This document shows, piece by piece, positions 1-9,067 of a stretch of 51,804 nucleotides of DNA (position 1 is the first letter of the stretch; each line of letters starts with the position of its first letter). Source of the stretch: a virus (taxonomy: Duplodnaviria > Caudoviricetes). A model generated the notes under the pieces. It was not told the origin of the DNA, made no database searches, and saw only the letters and a program-made list of their open reading frames with translations. The DNA is taken from positions 1 through 51,804 of the IMG/VR virus record IMGVR_UViG_3300034110_000722; one strand, given 5' to 3'. The position numbers were made by a program, and so were the translations under genes.

Positions 1-138
1 GCTGTAGCCGCGCATCCCGCTCAGGTCCGCTCAGGTCCGGCTGTAGCCGCGCATCCCGCTCAGGTCCGCTCAGGTCCGGCTGTAGCCGCGCATCCCGCTC
101 AGGTCCGCTCAGGTCCGGCTGTAGCCGCGCATCCCGCT
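1..138. repeat. 39-bp tandem repeat array (~3.5 copies), continuous with the array at the window end
   Basis: Unit GCTGTAGCCGCGCATCCCGCTCAGGTCCGCTCAGGTCCG repeated head to tail; the same unit occurs at 51662-51804. Confidence 0.97.
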
Positions 139-270
139 ATTGCGACGCATTCTCAAAAACTGTTGCGCAAACAAGCAATTATGTTGCGTCAATCAGCAAC
201 AATCATGCGCCGTTGTAATAAAATTGCGCGACCGAGCAACAATCGTGCGCCTGACCGCTCGAAAGTTGCG

Positions 271-375
271 TCAGGGGCGGGGCAATCCGGTTCAGGGGCG
301 GGGCAATCCGGTTCAGGGGCGGGGCAACCTCGTTCAGGGGCGGGGCAACCTCGTTCAGGGGCGGGGCAATCCGGT
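271..375. repeat. 21-bp tandem repeat (5 copies, two variants)
   Basis: TCAGGGGCGGGGCAATCCGGT x3 and TCAGGGGCGGGGCAACCTCGT x2. Confidence 0.95.
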
Positions 376-388
376 TCAATTGCAGCAA

Positions 389-417
389 TTGACACAATGC
401 GATTGCAGTGGTAAGTA
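389..417 (+). promoter_or_regulatory. sigma70-like promoter
   Basis: TTGACA-17 nt-TAAGTA upstream of an AGGGAG RBS and ATG at 444. Confidence 0.6.
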
Positions 418-443
418 TTGCACATATACAAGGGAGTGATTCG

Positions 444-539
444 ATGAAACGATCTGAAGCAATCATGTGGACCACGTGCCTGCTGCTCGGTGCAGTGGTG
501 TGGGCCTTGGCAATCCGAGGTGTCACATGCGTGGTCTGA
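444..539 (+). CDS. small hydrophobic peptide (31 aa)
   Basis: Hand translation MKRSEAIMWTTCLLLGAVVWALAIRGVTCVV; RBS and promoter upstream. Confidence 0.45.
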   Translation: MKRSEAIMWTTCLLLGAVVWALAIRGVTCVV

Positions 540-745
540 CCCGTCCCGATGGCTCGCGGGTGCTGCGATATGCACCGGGCGACGGCCATCTGTCCTACAA
601 CGTGGCAGACGAGCGCGGTCGATCGCTGCGCTACGATGTGACACGGCAAGAGGCCGAACAACTCTGCCCTGCTGGGTGGGTCATCTATGGTGATGGACCT
701 TACTGGCGGGCACGTCCCAACACCGACACAACCGGAGCAAACTGA
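527..745 (+). CDS. hypothetical protein
   Basis: GAGGT RBS before ATG 527; TGATG coupling to the next gene. Confidence 0.55.
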   Translation: MRGLTRPDGSRVLRYAPGDGHLSYNVADERGRSLRYDVTRQEAEQLCPAGWVIYGDGPYWRARPNTDTTGAN

Positions 746-1257
746 TGCAAAAATTCGATGCCGCAATTGTCGTTGACACCCGCCGCGCTGGCGAAACGTG
801 GTGCGTGTATGAGCACCAAGCTGTGATGCGCGAGGGTGAGCCGCCTGAGACTATCATGGTCGGTGCCTGCCGCCTCGTCGATGTCTATCACGTGCGGGAC
901 GGCAAGACGAACAGCGAGTGGTCGCAGATATTCGCAAACGGCGGACATGTCCTCGTGCGGATCGTCGCCACCACGCTCAACCGGCAGGATGCTTTCCGTG
1001 TTGCAGCCGAGATGGTGCGCGACAGCCGCCCGCAACCCCGCTGCAACCTGCTCGGTTACAATGTTCGTGGTGCTCGTCGCCCGGTGATCTGCCTGAACAA
1101 CGGCAAGCGGTATGAGACGCAGTTGCACGCTGCTGCGGAACTCGGCATTCACGCATCGGCTATCTCGCGGCACCTGCGCGGTCATGCTTCACGTGCTCAG
1201 GGGATGCAGTTCGTCTATGCGAGCGATGCACCTGAGCAGGCGCGGGAGGTTGTATAG
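745..1257 (+). CDS. degenerate GIY-YIG-like endonuclease with C-terminal NUMOD1-like DNA-binding domain
   Basis: N-terminal 'CVYEH...IMVG'; C-terminal 'RPVICLNNGKRYETQLHAAAELGIHASAISRHLRG...GMQFVY'. Confidence 0.6.
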   Translation: MQKFDAAIVVDTRRAGETWCVYEHQAVMREGEPPETIMVGACRLVDVYHVRDGKTNSEWSQIFANGGHVLVRIVATTLNRQDAFRVAAEMVRDSRPQPRCNLLGYNVRGARRPVICLNNGKRYETQLHAAAELGIHASAISRHLRGHASRAQGMQFVYASDAPEQAREVV

Positions 1258-1284
1258 CCGGTGAGCGTGTGATACACCGACGCG

Positions 1285-1521
1285 GTGAGCATCAACCGCA
1301 CCCTGTCCGCAATGCAGCAGTCCGCTCAGGTCGTCCATGTGGTGCCTGAGCGGACTGCTCGTGCATTGGAGCGGCGAGGTCTGGTGCGACGGACTGTAGT
1401 GGTGCCGCAGCCCGCAGAGGGTGTCGCGGTCAATCTGACTGTGCGGGGTAAGTCGTGGCGTGCTGCTGTCAGGTCCGCAGCGCCCGCACCAGTGATCGAG
1501 CCTGAGCAGCCGACAGAGTAA
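1285..1521 (+). CDS. hypothetical protein
   Basis: ORF in the operon, followed by a hairpin. Confidence 0.45.
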   Translation: MSINRTLSAMQQSAQVVHVVPERTARALERRGLVRRTVVVPQPAEGVAVNLTVRGKSWRAAVRSAAPAPVIEPEQPTE

Positions 1522-1524
1522 CAT

Positions 1525-1546
1525 CCCCCGGCTTGACGCGGGGGTT
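1525..1546. terminator. hairpin between convergent operons
   Basis: CCCCCG-8 nt-CGGGGG stem at the convergence point. Confidence 0.45.
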
Positions 1547-1621
1547 AGCAGGTGTTGCAGCCGCTTCGAGTTTCTTGGCTGCTGCGGCGCGCTTCTGCTT
1601 GGGTGTCTTAGTCGGCATCAC

Positions 1622-1837
1622 TCATACCTCGTGTTGCGGTGGGGCGGGAATGTTCGGCAAGCGCAACCAGTGAGTGCAAACCGCCCATCTACCCGTCCAA
1701 GGATTCAGAAGCGCGTTCTGTCGCATGTCATACTTCTTACCGATGAAGAACGGTGAATAGCCGTCACCCTGCGGCCTGAGACCTACTAACCACTCATCTC
1801 TCGGCGCACTCTCAATCGGCAACCACTGACTCATCAT
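1622..1837 (-). CDS. DUF551-like small phage protein
   Basis: 'WLPIESAPRD...THW..LP..P' pattern. Confidence 0.65.
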   Translation of the reverse strand: MMSQWLPIESAPRDEWLVGLRPQGDGYSPFFIGKKYDMRQNALLNPWTGRWAVCTHWLRLPNIPAPPQHEV

Positions 1838-4146
1838 TCATACCCCTGATCAATACCATACCGGGCGACATCCGCCCCACTGTGCAGCGAGTATAGCAGA
1901 CCGCACACCGCTACGTCCTCTTGGAAATACGGACGGATTTGCCGACCCGCTTCACGATAGCCCATCCCTTCAAGCACTGCACGGATCGCGTGGGGCGGCA
2001 GATTGCCGCGCACCACCTGCCGATCGCGCATGTGCTTCAGTGCTGCAATCTCCGACACCCAGCCAGCAGCGAAACCTGGTGCTCTCGTCTCAATCGCTTC
2101 AGCCAGAGCGCGCTCGATGGGTGAGCGGCTGATGCTCACTGCCTCATCCCAGCTGGTGGTGATGGGTGCGCGCATCGGAATGCTGTCGCGGCTGACCGGA
2201 CGGGTGGACAGGTAATGTGCGACATGCTTCTGCCCGTCACCCCTGAGCCACTTGTAGAGCGCCTTGAAATAGTCATCGTCCATGCCGCGCGCCAGCAGAT
2301 CGTCGAAGGTCTGGATCGGACTATAGAAGATCGCATAGCGGCGACCATTGCGCGACACCGGCACAGCGTCTTTCCAATTTGAGAAAAACATCCACTTGGC
2401 GCAGTTGTCTTCCATCTCCTGATCGACACCCTTGCTCTGCACCTCAATCAGTTCTTCGGAGATGAGCGGCTTGAGCACTTCGACGAGGTGCCGCTTTTCG
2501 TCAACCTTGATCTCGTCAGCAAGGATGAATACCTTGCCGCGCATCCACCCGTTGAATTTGCCGCCGCTGTCAGCCAGTTGCTGTGCATCGGGGAAGTGGA
2601 CGTAAGGTGCGCCGACTGCATAGGTCATGGCGATCTTGATCACGTTCTTGCCGATCCCCTCAGCCGACTGAATAACAGGTGCCCACGGGATCTTGAAGCC
2701 GGGGAACTGCACCACGGCAGCCATCCAGTCGAGCAGGATGTTCAGGTCGTTCGGGTCAGGAATGATCGCTTGCAGGTGGCGCAGGAACGGTCCTACGTCA
2801 CCCGGCACCGTGTCGATGGCTGGGCGGACGTAGGTATTCACACCCTTCCGACCGAGCACGTCCACAATGATTTCGGACGGTTCACGGTCTGGCAGGAAGC
2901 GCAGGTGATCCACCTTTGGCACCCGCCACAGTGTCGAGCGTGTTGCAGCCTTCCACGGTTCGTCCGTGGTCTTGCCGTCCTGCGTGATGATGAATTTCTT
3001 GCCGCTGTAGTCGCCGCTGTTGAAGCTGGTCTGCGTGTAGAACCTGCCGTTCGGCAGCATCATCTTGCCCATCGACCCGACGAAGACGCAGCCCTTGAAC
3101 CAGATTTTGCATTCCTCGGATGTCAGGAACTCACCGCTGCAATCCAATGCAGGCGGCTCCTGTGTGGGCATAGGCGGTGCAGATGGTGCGCGTGCTGCGG
3201 GTGCGGGTGTTGCGCCGCTCACTCCGAAAGATGTCATCGCTTTGAGTGAAGGTATGCGTGACACAAGTGACTTCCACCCAAGTTGCGTGCTGTCGATCGA
3301 GCGCCACAATTTTTCGTTCTCGGCAGCGCTATCGTTCGTATAACCAGAACACCAGTTGAGCCACATCGCTTTAAGGTCGTCAGGCTCCATCAGGGTCCAA
3401 CCCGACTGCTTGAATGCAGCGGTGATGCCGAGCCAATCCTCTCTCGACAACTCATTCGGATCAACCAGTTCAAGTGCGCGCTTCAACCATTCGACACTCG
3501 GTGCAGCAAGCGACACGTCACCCAAGTTGTGCCGTTCGCCGCCGCCGTCGATGACCGTGACATGCACAAGTGCTGCTTCGAGTTGATCCACAGTGAGCGG
3601 ATGACCGTAGCCAGGTAGTGCTTCGCAGTGCGCGAGATAGGGATGACTGTATTTATGATTGAGAGTCCCCGGCACCCTGAGCACGCGGGTAGCATCAATA
3701 ACCGCTTTGTCACCGTTGAACAGGGTGCGGAGTTTACGCTGAACCGTTTTGAAGCGATCATTGTCTTGATAGCCGATCACCGGCCAATATGTGTGATACT
3801 TTCCCGGAGATGAGAACACACGAAATCCAGGTGCGGGTAGCCATTGCGCAGCTGCTTCGGACTGCTGTTGAGCGTCGATGCCGTCGTGATCCACCACATG
3901 CGCTCGGATCATCTGGACGTTGTGCATTTCTCGACCGTGCCCGTCCATCTGTGAGACGGTAACGAAGCAACCGTGCTGCGCATTGTTCCACGCGCAAAGC
4001 CACTCCCAAGCCTGCGCAAGAGTGCCACGGAACACCTGACCCGGCGCACCGCGATCCACATCGGACAGGCAGCGCCAGTCCATGACGGATTCACTGCTGC
4101 CGCTCAGCGCCGTAACGTAAGCGCTTGCAAGTTCAAAATTCTGCAT
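1834..4146 (-). CDS. DNA primase-helicase (RepB-like primase, PriCT-2-like, P-loop domain)
   Basis: 'VVDHDG', 'SSPGKYHTYW', 'DATRVLRVPG', 'REDWLGITAAFK', Walker A 'EGIGKN', Walker B 'ILADE'. Confidence 0.85.
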   Translation of the reverse strand: MQNFELASAYVTALSGSSESVMDWRCLSDVDRGAPGQVFRGTLAQAWEWLCAWNNAQHGCFVTVSQMDGHGREMHNVQMIRAHVVDHDGIDAQQQSEAAAQWLPAPGFRVFSSPGKYHTYWPVIGYQDNDRFKTVQRKLRTLFNGDKAVIDATRVLRVPGTLNHKYSHPYLAHCEALPGYGHPLTVDQLEAALVHVTVIDGGGERHNLGDVSLAAPSVEWLKRALELVDPNELSREDWLGITAAFKQSGWTLMEPDDLKAMWLNWCSGYTNDSAAENEKLWRSIDSTQLGWKSLVSRIPSLKAMTSFGVSGATPAPAARAPSAPPMPTQEPPALDCSGEFLTSEECKIWFKGCVFVGSMGKMMLPNGRFYTQTSFNSGDYSGKKFIITQDGKTTDEPWKAATRSTLWRVPKVDHLRFLPDREPSEIIVDVLGRKGVNTYVRPAIDTVPGDVGPFLRHLQAIIPDPNDLNILLDWMAAVVQFPGFKIPWAPVIQSAEGIGKNVIKIAMTYAVGAPYVHFPDAQQLADSGGKFNGWMRGKVFILADEIKVDEKRHLVEVLKPLISEELIEVQSKGVDQEMEDNCAKWMFFSNWKDAVPVSRNGRRYAIFYSPIQTFDDLLARGMDDDYFKALYKWLRGDGQKHVAHYLSTRPVSRDSIPMRAPITTSWDEAVSISRSPIERALAEAIETRAPGFAAGWVSEIAALKHMRDRQVVRGNLPPHAIRAVLEGMGYREAGRQIRPYFQEDVAVCGLLYSLHSGADVARYGIDQGYE

Positions 4147-4711
4147 TGCGCAACTCTTTCAAGCGTTGGATCACTTCGGGTCGGTGCGCATGACGTTCGG
4201 CAACAGCGCAACACATCGCGATGAAGTCGATTTCAAGGTGTTGGTTTTTGCCTGTGTTGTACATATTGCATACGACTTGCGCGTTACGGAAGGTGTAACC
4301 TTGTTTCGGATCAATCCTGTCAATCGAAGATGCTGTGCCGACGCGACCACCTGTGCGCGGCGCTGCAAACTTCAAACCTGATTTTTCGCAGACGCCTCGC
4401 CTAAGTCGTTCTAAAACCCAATCGTTGGTGATTTCAAATTCAAGACTGTATTTTTTAGCTCTTGTGCGAGCCGATAAAATCAGAGCCTTTGCGTGACCTT
4501 CAAGTGTTTGTCGATAAGCGAGCATTCGCTTTATGGTTTTTTCCGAGTTCCGCACGTAGTGTTTCTTCGCGTAATCGGAACAACACGAACGACAGTGATC
4601 GGACAAACCGGTGTGCCGCTTACTGTGCTTGTTGTAGTTGTCACGGTGAAGCCACTTGTCACAGCCGGGGCAGTGCTTGTAGTCTCCGACCATTTCTTTT
4701 CTGACGCTCAC
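4133..4711 (-). CDS. free-standing HNH-like homing endonuclease 1
   Basis: CxxC...CxxC N-terminus, 'ARTRAKK', 'SIDRIDPKQGYTFRNAQVVCNMYNTGK'; GTGA overlap at start; AT-richer than neighbours. Confidence 0.75.
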   Translation of the reverse strand: MSVRKEMVGDYKHCPGCDKWLHRDNYNKHSKRHTGLSDHCRSCCSDYAKKHYVRNSEKTIKRMLAYRQTLEGHAKALILSARTRAKKYSLEFEITNDWVLERLRRGVCEKSGLKFAAPRTGGRVGTASSIDRIDPKQGYTFRNAQVVCNMYNTGKNQHLEIDFIAMCCAVAERHAHRPEVIQRLKELRNAEF

Positions 4712-5112
4712 GCCTTCCTCCCCCACACCGCTTCAACGTCCGCAACCCGCCACCGACGCGGCTGAGTGCCGGGGATCGGCGCGATTGCGAATCGCCCGTC
4801 TTCCAACATGTTGTAGAAGGTTTTTCGGCTGACACCGACCATTTTAGCGACACGACTTGCGTCGCAGGTGCTCGGCTTGCCGTCTCTTTTAACATGTGTC
4901 TTGTTGTAGAGAGGTTTTTCTGATTTTATCGCCAGTCTCTCAGATTCGGCTGCTTGAGACATGGTTTCAAAGTGTTCAATAGTGATTGCTGTAATTCTTC
5001 TGAACCAGTGCGATTCAGATTTGTGCTGCTTCACGCGCGTAAAGGTGCTGGCTGAGATACCAACATAGAGAAGAACACCGTCTCGGTCGTAGTGTCGATA
5101 CAACTCAGCCAT
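4708..5112 (-). CDS. GIY-YIG nuclease fused to AlpA/excisionase-like HTH
   Basis: 'LYRHYD..GVLLYVGIS....RVKQH...E..AI..EKPLYN'; C-terminal 'VAKMVGVSRKTFYNML'. Confidence 0.75.
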   Translation of the reverse strand: MAELYRHYDRDGVLLYVGISASTFTRVKQHKSESHWFRRITAITIEHFETMSQAAESERLAIKSEKPLYNKTHVKRDGKPSTCDASRVAKMVGVSRKTFYNMLEDGRFAIAPIPGTQPRRWRVADVEAVWGRKA

Positions 5113-5296
5113 CACTGCACCCCCCAACAAATGCTTCAACCGCAGCACGGTGCCACACAGGCGGCTCGATCCCGGTGAGCGGCTGCACGGGGCACACGCC
5201 GCGCTTGACCCACTTGCGTAGGGTTTTTCGATCTATCCCTAGTGCTGCGGCGGTCTCAGTGCTATTCAGCAGAGCCTTGGGGCTTGTGTCCGTCAT
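5105..5296 (-). CDS. MerR/excisionase-like HTH DNA-binding protein
   Basis: 'LLNSTETAAALGIDRKTLRKWVKRG'. Confidence 0.7.
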   Translation of the reverse strand: MTDTSPKALLNSTETAAALGIDRKTLRKWVKRGVCPVQPLTGIEPPVWHRAAVEAFVGGCSDG

Positions 5297-5393
5297 GATT
5301 CGGACACCTAACGCAGTGTTGCGGTGCTGGCAACCCCTTTTCACCCCGAAAATACCCACTTGACGCGAATCACTTCACCTGCCACCAGACGGC

Positions 5394-5579
5394 ATGGTTC
5401 AAGGCATCAAGAAAGACAAGCGTACTGATTCGGCGCTGCATGACATCGTGACCGGCACAGGTAACACACGTGCAGCACAAAATAAGAGATGGTGGGCTGC
5501 TCGACTGATGGGGCCGGATCGGCAGAAGTACAGCAGGATGCTGTTCGGGTTGCCGCCTTTGGATGGAGACAGTGAATGA
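5394..5579 (+). CDS. hypothetical protein
   Basis: First ORF after the divergent region containing TTGACG at 5360; ATGA coupling to the next gene. Confidence 0.5.
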   Translation: MVQGIKKDKRTDSALHDIVTGTGNTRAAQNKRWWAARLMGPDRQKYSRMLFGLPPLDGDSE

Positions 5580-5800
5580 CGCAGCAGAGACCGTTTGAAC
5601 CGGGTGAACATCACCGAATCGTGCTTGAGCACTATGCTGTTACGCTTGAGCGGATCGCGCAGTCAATGCAGGCTCGCGCTCGCCGCGAGGATGTCGAGGT
5701 GCTGTCGGAAGCGCACGGCTTCGACCTTGAAGCGATGGATCAATACGCCGATCAGGTACGCGCTGTGCGCTGTATGATCCAAATGGAGAATCGCAAGTGA
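5576..5800 (+). CDS. hypothetical protein
   Basis: GGAG RBS; overlapping start/stop on both sides. Confidence 0.6.
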   Translation: MTQQRPFEPGEHHRIVLEHYAVTLERIAQSMQARARREDVEVLSEAHGFDLEAMDQYADQVRAVRCMIQMENRK

Positions 5801-6459
5801 TCACCACCCATATCTCTCTCGACCTCGAAACCTGGGGCACCAGTCCCGGCTGCGACATCCGAAGCATTGGTGCGTGCTTGTTCGTCCCGCACACCGGATA
5901 CGTGGCAGACCCAACCGATCTGATCGAGCAGAATTGCAACGTCCCTCACACATTCTACATCGCCACAGACAACCCGCACGGCTATTGGGGCAACGGCAGC
6001 AGCCGCGACAGGTTCTTCGAGACGGGCAACCGTGGCGACCGCCTCAAGTATCCGCTGAAGCGCGATCCGAAGACCGTGCGGTGGTGGAGCAAGCAGTCGG
6101 CTGAAGCACAGGCTGCATTTGAGAAGCCGGTGGACTTGCGCATCGCTCTGAGCCGCTTCAGCGTGTGGCTGGCAGACGTGTCGCCGGATGTGACGCAGGT
6201 GCGGCTGTGGGCGCACGGCAAGCACTTCGACATTCCGATCCTCGCCGCAGCATATGAAGCAGTCGGACTGCCTGTGCCGTGGCATTACCGCGCACCCCGC
6301 GACACCCGCACCGCTTTCGACATGGCTGGCATCGACGATCACAGTGCGTGGCTGAAGCAGCATCCGGGGCCGCTCGGTGTGCCGCATCATGCTTTGGATG
6401 ACGCGATCTGTCAGGCTCGTGCGGTGTGCGGTGCTTATCGGGTGCTGCGAGATGCCTAA
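5797..6459 (+). CDS. 3'-5' exonuclease, DEDDh family
   Basis: 'SLDLETWG', 'WAHGKHFDIPIL', 'RDTRT', 'HHALDDA..QA'. Confidence 0.85.
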   Translation: MITTHISLDLETWGTSPGCDIRSIGACLFVPHTGYVADPTDLIEQNCNVPHTFYIATDNPHGYWGNGSSRDRFFETGNRGDRLKYPLKRDPKTVRWWSKQSAEAQAAFEKPVDLRIALSRFSVWLADVSPDVTQVRLWAHGKHFDIPILAAAYEAVGLPVPWHYRAPRDTRTAFDMAGIDDHSAWLKQHPGPLGVPHHALDDAICQARAVCGAYRVLRDA

Positions 6460-6682
6460 CCCGTCGAAATTCGTAGCGGGCTGTCCCAAGTGCGGCGGTG
6501 AGACAACCGTGAAGGACATGCGCCCGCTTCAGTCAGGCGATGTGACACGCCGCCGTGAGTGCAACGTGTGCAAGCACCGCTACACCACGCTTGAGATCGT
6601 CTATGACGGTCATGCCCGCAACAAAGAGGTTGCCCGATGGGCAGCGCAACACAACAGAGGAATGATTGACGATGGTGAGTAG
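6452..6682 (+). CDS. NrdR-like zinc-ribbon protein (no ATP cone)
   Basis: 'CPKCG..T.VKD.R......RRREC..C.HRYTT.E'. Confidence 0.7.
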   Translation: MPNPSKFVAGCPKCGGETTVKDMRPLQSGDVTRRRECNVCKHRYTTLEIVYDGHARNKEVARWAAQHNRGMIDDGE

Positions 6683-6899
6683 TATTCAATGCTATCTCGA
6701 CGGTGCAGGTGGTATTCACCGCAGCGCCGCAGACGCACACCGCGCAGACATGCAGCAGTGGCTTCAGGCGACTGGTGCCGTCAATGAAGCAAGTGCTGCG
6801 GCGCTCGCTCGTCTCGTGGTCGATGACCGCGACACGTTGTTTCAACTCGTGTCGATGCTTGAGGCTGTGGCGCGTGATGTGGTGGAGCAGACGGCATGA
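6672..6899 (+). CDS. hypothetical protein
   Basis: Coupled ORF in the operon. Confidence 0.55.
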   Translation: MVSSIQCYLDGAGGIHRSAADAHRADMQQWLQATGAVNEASAAALARLVVDDRDTLFQLVSMLEAVARDVVEQTA

Positions 6900-7405
6900 G
6901 TGATTTATTCCATCAGAGTCAGTTGCCGCCTGCGCAAAACAAGTTTCATGTCGGTAATGGGTCGGACGGTAAGCATTACTGGCTGACACCACCGGAACTT
7001 TTCGCGCGGTTGCACGCTGAGTTCAACTTCGACTTCGATCCCTGCCCTTATCCGTTGCCTGAAGGATTTGACGGCCTCACATGCGAGTGGGGTCGCAGCA
7101 ACTATGTCAACCCACCGTTTGGTTCAATCATGCACCAAGGGCCGGGTGAAAAGCGAGCGACCAAGAAGGGTCCGACCGCATGGGTTCGCAAGTCGATTGA
7201 AGAATGGCAGAAGGGTAAGCTGGTCGTGCTGGTTTATCCGGTTGACAAATGGTTGCTCATGCTCACGAAGTCGATCTTCGGTGACGCAGCGGACATTCGC
7301 AATCTGGGTGACGTGAAATGGTGCGCCACCGAAGATGGTTCGGCGGGTAAAGGCACCGGTCGCCACATTGCTTGTTTCATTCTCCGACCGAAAGGACTCG
7401 TGTGA
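6896..7405 (+). CDS. phage Dam-like N6-adenine DNA methyltransferase
   Basis: 'WLTPPELF...FDFDPCP...YVNPPFG'. Confidence 0.75.
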   Translation: MSDLFHQSQLPPAQNKFHVGNGSDGKHYWLTPPELFARLHAEFNFDFDPCPYPLPEGFDGLTCEWGRSNYVNPPFGSIMHQGPGEKRATKKGPTAWVRKSIEEWQKGKLVVLVYPVDKWLLMLTKSIFGDAADIRNLGDVKWCATEDGSAGKGTGRHIACFILRPKGLV

Positions 7406-7554
7406 TGCACGTTGAATACATCCGCCGCCGCGCTGAAGCACTGCGCACAGCCGCTGCGACCACTATGGACCCGAGTGTGCGCGACGACTACACGTCCGGT
7501 GCGCGCTATCTGGATCTGGTCGCTGATGAACTTGCAGCGGGGTTTCATGAGTGA
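7405..7554 (+). CDS. hypothetical protein
   Basis: TGATG-coupled small ORF. Confidence 0.5.
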   Translation: MHVEYIRRRAEALRTAAATTMDPSVRDDYTSGARYLDLVADELAAGFHE

Positions 7555-7798
7555 ATGGCGACACCAGGGCAAGCAGGTGCTTCAGGACGGGCGGCATTTC
7601 GCAGATGCAGTCGGTGAGTTAGAAGCGTTGATGATCGTCAATGCCATGCGGGCGGTGGATGAGCGGGCTGACTGGTCTGCATCACGTGCCGCACTCTGCC
7701 GCCCCCGCCGCGAAGGTGACGAGTATGTGTGCTCAAAGGGGTGCGGCGTCCGATGGGATGTGCGGGAGCCTGCGCCGCGTTGTGGGAGAGCGATATGA
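7547..7798 (+). CDS. hypothetical protein with Cys-rich C-terminus
   Basis: Coupled ORF; 'C...CSKGC.VRWD...C'. Confidence 0.5.
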   Translation: MSEWRHQGKQVLQDGRHFADAVGELEALMIVNAMRAVDERADWSASRAALCRPRREGDEYVCSKGCGVRWDVREPAPRCGRAI

Positions 7799-8049
7799 CT
7801 GAGCAGGTGAAGCGTTTCGTGCTGTTCGCTGGGTCGGACTATTATCCATCAGGCGGATGGGACGATTTCAGAAGTTCACATGATACAATCGAAGAAGCCA
7901 TCGCAGCCGCAGCGCTTCCGCATCGTTGGGGAACTGACTGGTGGCAGGTTGTGGACATTCAGAACGGCTACAAAGCCGCCGATTCGTGGTATAACCCCAC
8001 CGGGGATCAAGCGGTTGCAGCGGCACGTGCTCGCTACGATGCAATCTGA
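7795..8049 (+). CDS. hypothetical phage protein
   Basis: 'FVLFAGSDYYPSGGWDDF...WWQVVD' resembles a recurrent small phage family. Confidence 0.6.
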   Translation: MTEQVKRFVLFAGSDYYPSGGWDDFRSSHDTIEEAIAAAALPHRWGTDWWQVVDIQNGYKAADSWYNPTGDQAVAAARARYDAI

Positions 8050-8224
8050 TCTATTCCACGTCCCGCAGTGGCAAGTGAGCCAGTCGAGCGCTGGTCATAT
8101 GGTGCTGCTGCGGGACGGCTACCCGGTGGCTCAGGGCGCACTCAGCACCCTAAGCATTCATCCAAGCGCGCCGTTGTTCATCCGTGAAATGAGCGACGAT
8201 AGGATCACCAGCGACAAGCAGTGA
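8039..8224 (+). CDS. hypothetical protein
   Basis: Last ORF of the operon; converges with the next gene. Confidence 0.4.
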   Translation: MQSDLFHVPQWQVSQSSAGHMVLLRDGYPVAQGALSTLSIHPSAPLFIREMSDDRITSDKQ

Positions 8225-8449
8225 CTGGATGATCACCCGATCGCCTGCTGCGATGCCCGCCTGCTTCACTTCCTGCCGTAGCGCGGTGATGCCGCCCTCG
8301 AAGTGGAAAAGCACGCCAGCGTGGGACTTGCCGACGATCTTGCCGATGCCGCGCGCTGTCACAGCTGCCACGCCGCCCTGATGCCAGAGGGTGATACCCG
8401 CCTGGATCATTGCGGCTTTCTGCCGTTCGCCGTGCATATACTTTGCCAT
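8150..8449 (-). CDS. TetR-like HTH protein
   Basis: 'MIQAGITLWHQGGVAAVTARGIGKIVGKSHAGVLFHF'. Confidence 0.65.
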   Translation of the reverse strand: MAKYMHGERQKAAMIQAGITLWHQGGVAAVTARGIGKIVGKSHAGVLFHFEGGITALRQEVKQAGIAAGDRVIIQSLLVAGDPIVAHFTDEQRRAWMNA

Positions 8450-8471
8450 ATCTCAGTAATGCCCTGAAACC

Positions 8472-8693
8472 TTACAGGCTGTCAAGCCACAGGTCAGCAG
8501 GTGCCGCCCTGTAAGGCCCGTCAAGCGCAACAGTGGCGCGGTGTGTCAGTGCGTCAGGGACTGCTTCGTATGACCACCCGCGCCGCCCTTTGCAGGCTGC
8601 GACAGCCTGTTCGCGCCGTACAACCGCTCGCTTGACGCACTGCTGCGCATCTCGGATGATGAACACTGTGCCGCGATCGGCTAGAGGGTGCAT
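8472..8693 (-). CDS. hypothetical protein
   Basis: Fills the gap in the minus-strand operon. Confidence 0.45.
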   Translation of the reverse strand: MHPLADRGTVFIIRDAQQCVKRAVVRREQAVAACKGRRGWSYEAVPDALTHRATVALDGPYRAAPADLWLDSL

Positions 8694-9067
8694 AGCGACC
8701 GCACCTGCGCCGGATCGGTCACGAAGCCCCCGATGCCCCCGACCGATCGGATCAGGTCGATAAAGCGCGCTTGAGCCGCTGCCCGCTGATCGCCGGGGGT
8801 CATGTGCCAGTCGGAATGCTTGCATTCAATCGCTGTGAAGACACCGAGCGTGCGCCCCACATGATGCGGTTGGATCAGGACGGGCATGACTCCGATAAGG
8901 TCGCTGCTGGCGAGCGCCCGGTTCATTTGCTGAGAGTCGTTGCAGAGACCGTATCGAATGATGCGACCCTGCTTGTCCTCACAGGCTCCCACGTTGTTGC
9001 GATAGGCGAGCGCGCCGAGGCGTGCGAGTTCGAGGCGGACGCGCTGCTGTACGGCTGATTCAAGCAT
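8681..9067 (-). CDS. VRR-NUC domain nuclease
   Basis: 'ESAVQ..V...RNNVG...SSDLIG...FTAIECK...Q..F...I...GG'. Confidence 0.85.
   Translation of the reverse strand: MLESAVQQRVRLELARLGALAYRNNVGACEDKQGRIIRYGLCNDSQQMNRALASSDLIGVMPVLIQPHHVGRTLGVFTAIECKHSDWHMTPGDQRAAAQARFIDLIRSVGGIGGFVTDPAQVRSLCTL

Noticed and set aside
1-375. CRISPR array interpretation of the terminal repeats, and the long ORFs crossing them
   Set aside because: The units are contiguous with no unique spacers, and there is no cas operon. The ORFs only reflect stop-free repeats whose lengths are multiples of three.
4117-4146. Primase 'ELASAY' as a seventh leader
   Set aside because: The spacing is L-A-S-A-Y, one residue short of L-x-A-x-A-Y, and there is no basic residue before it.
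5105-5400. Lysogeny switch
   Set aside because: The region is divergent and has an HTH gene, but no integrase, CI-type repressor, ParA or protelomerase was recognised.
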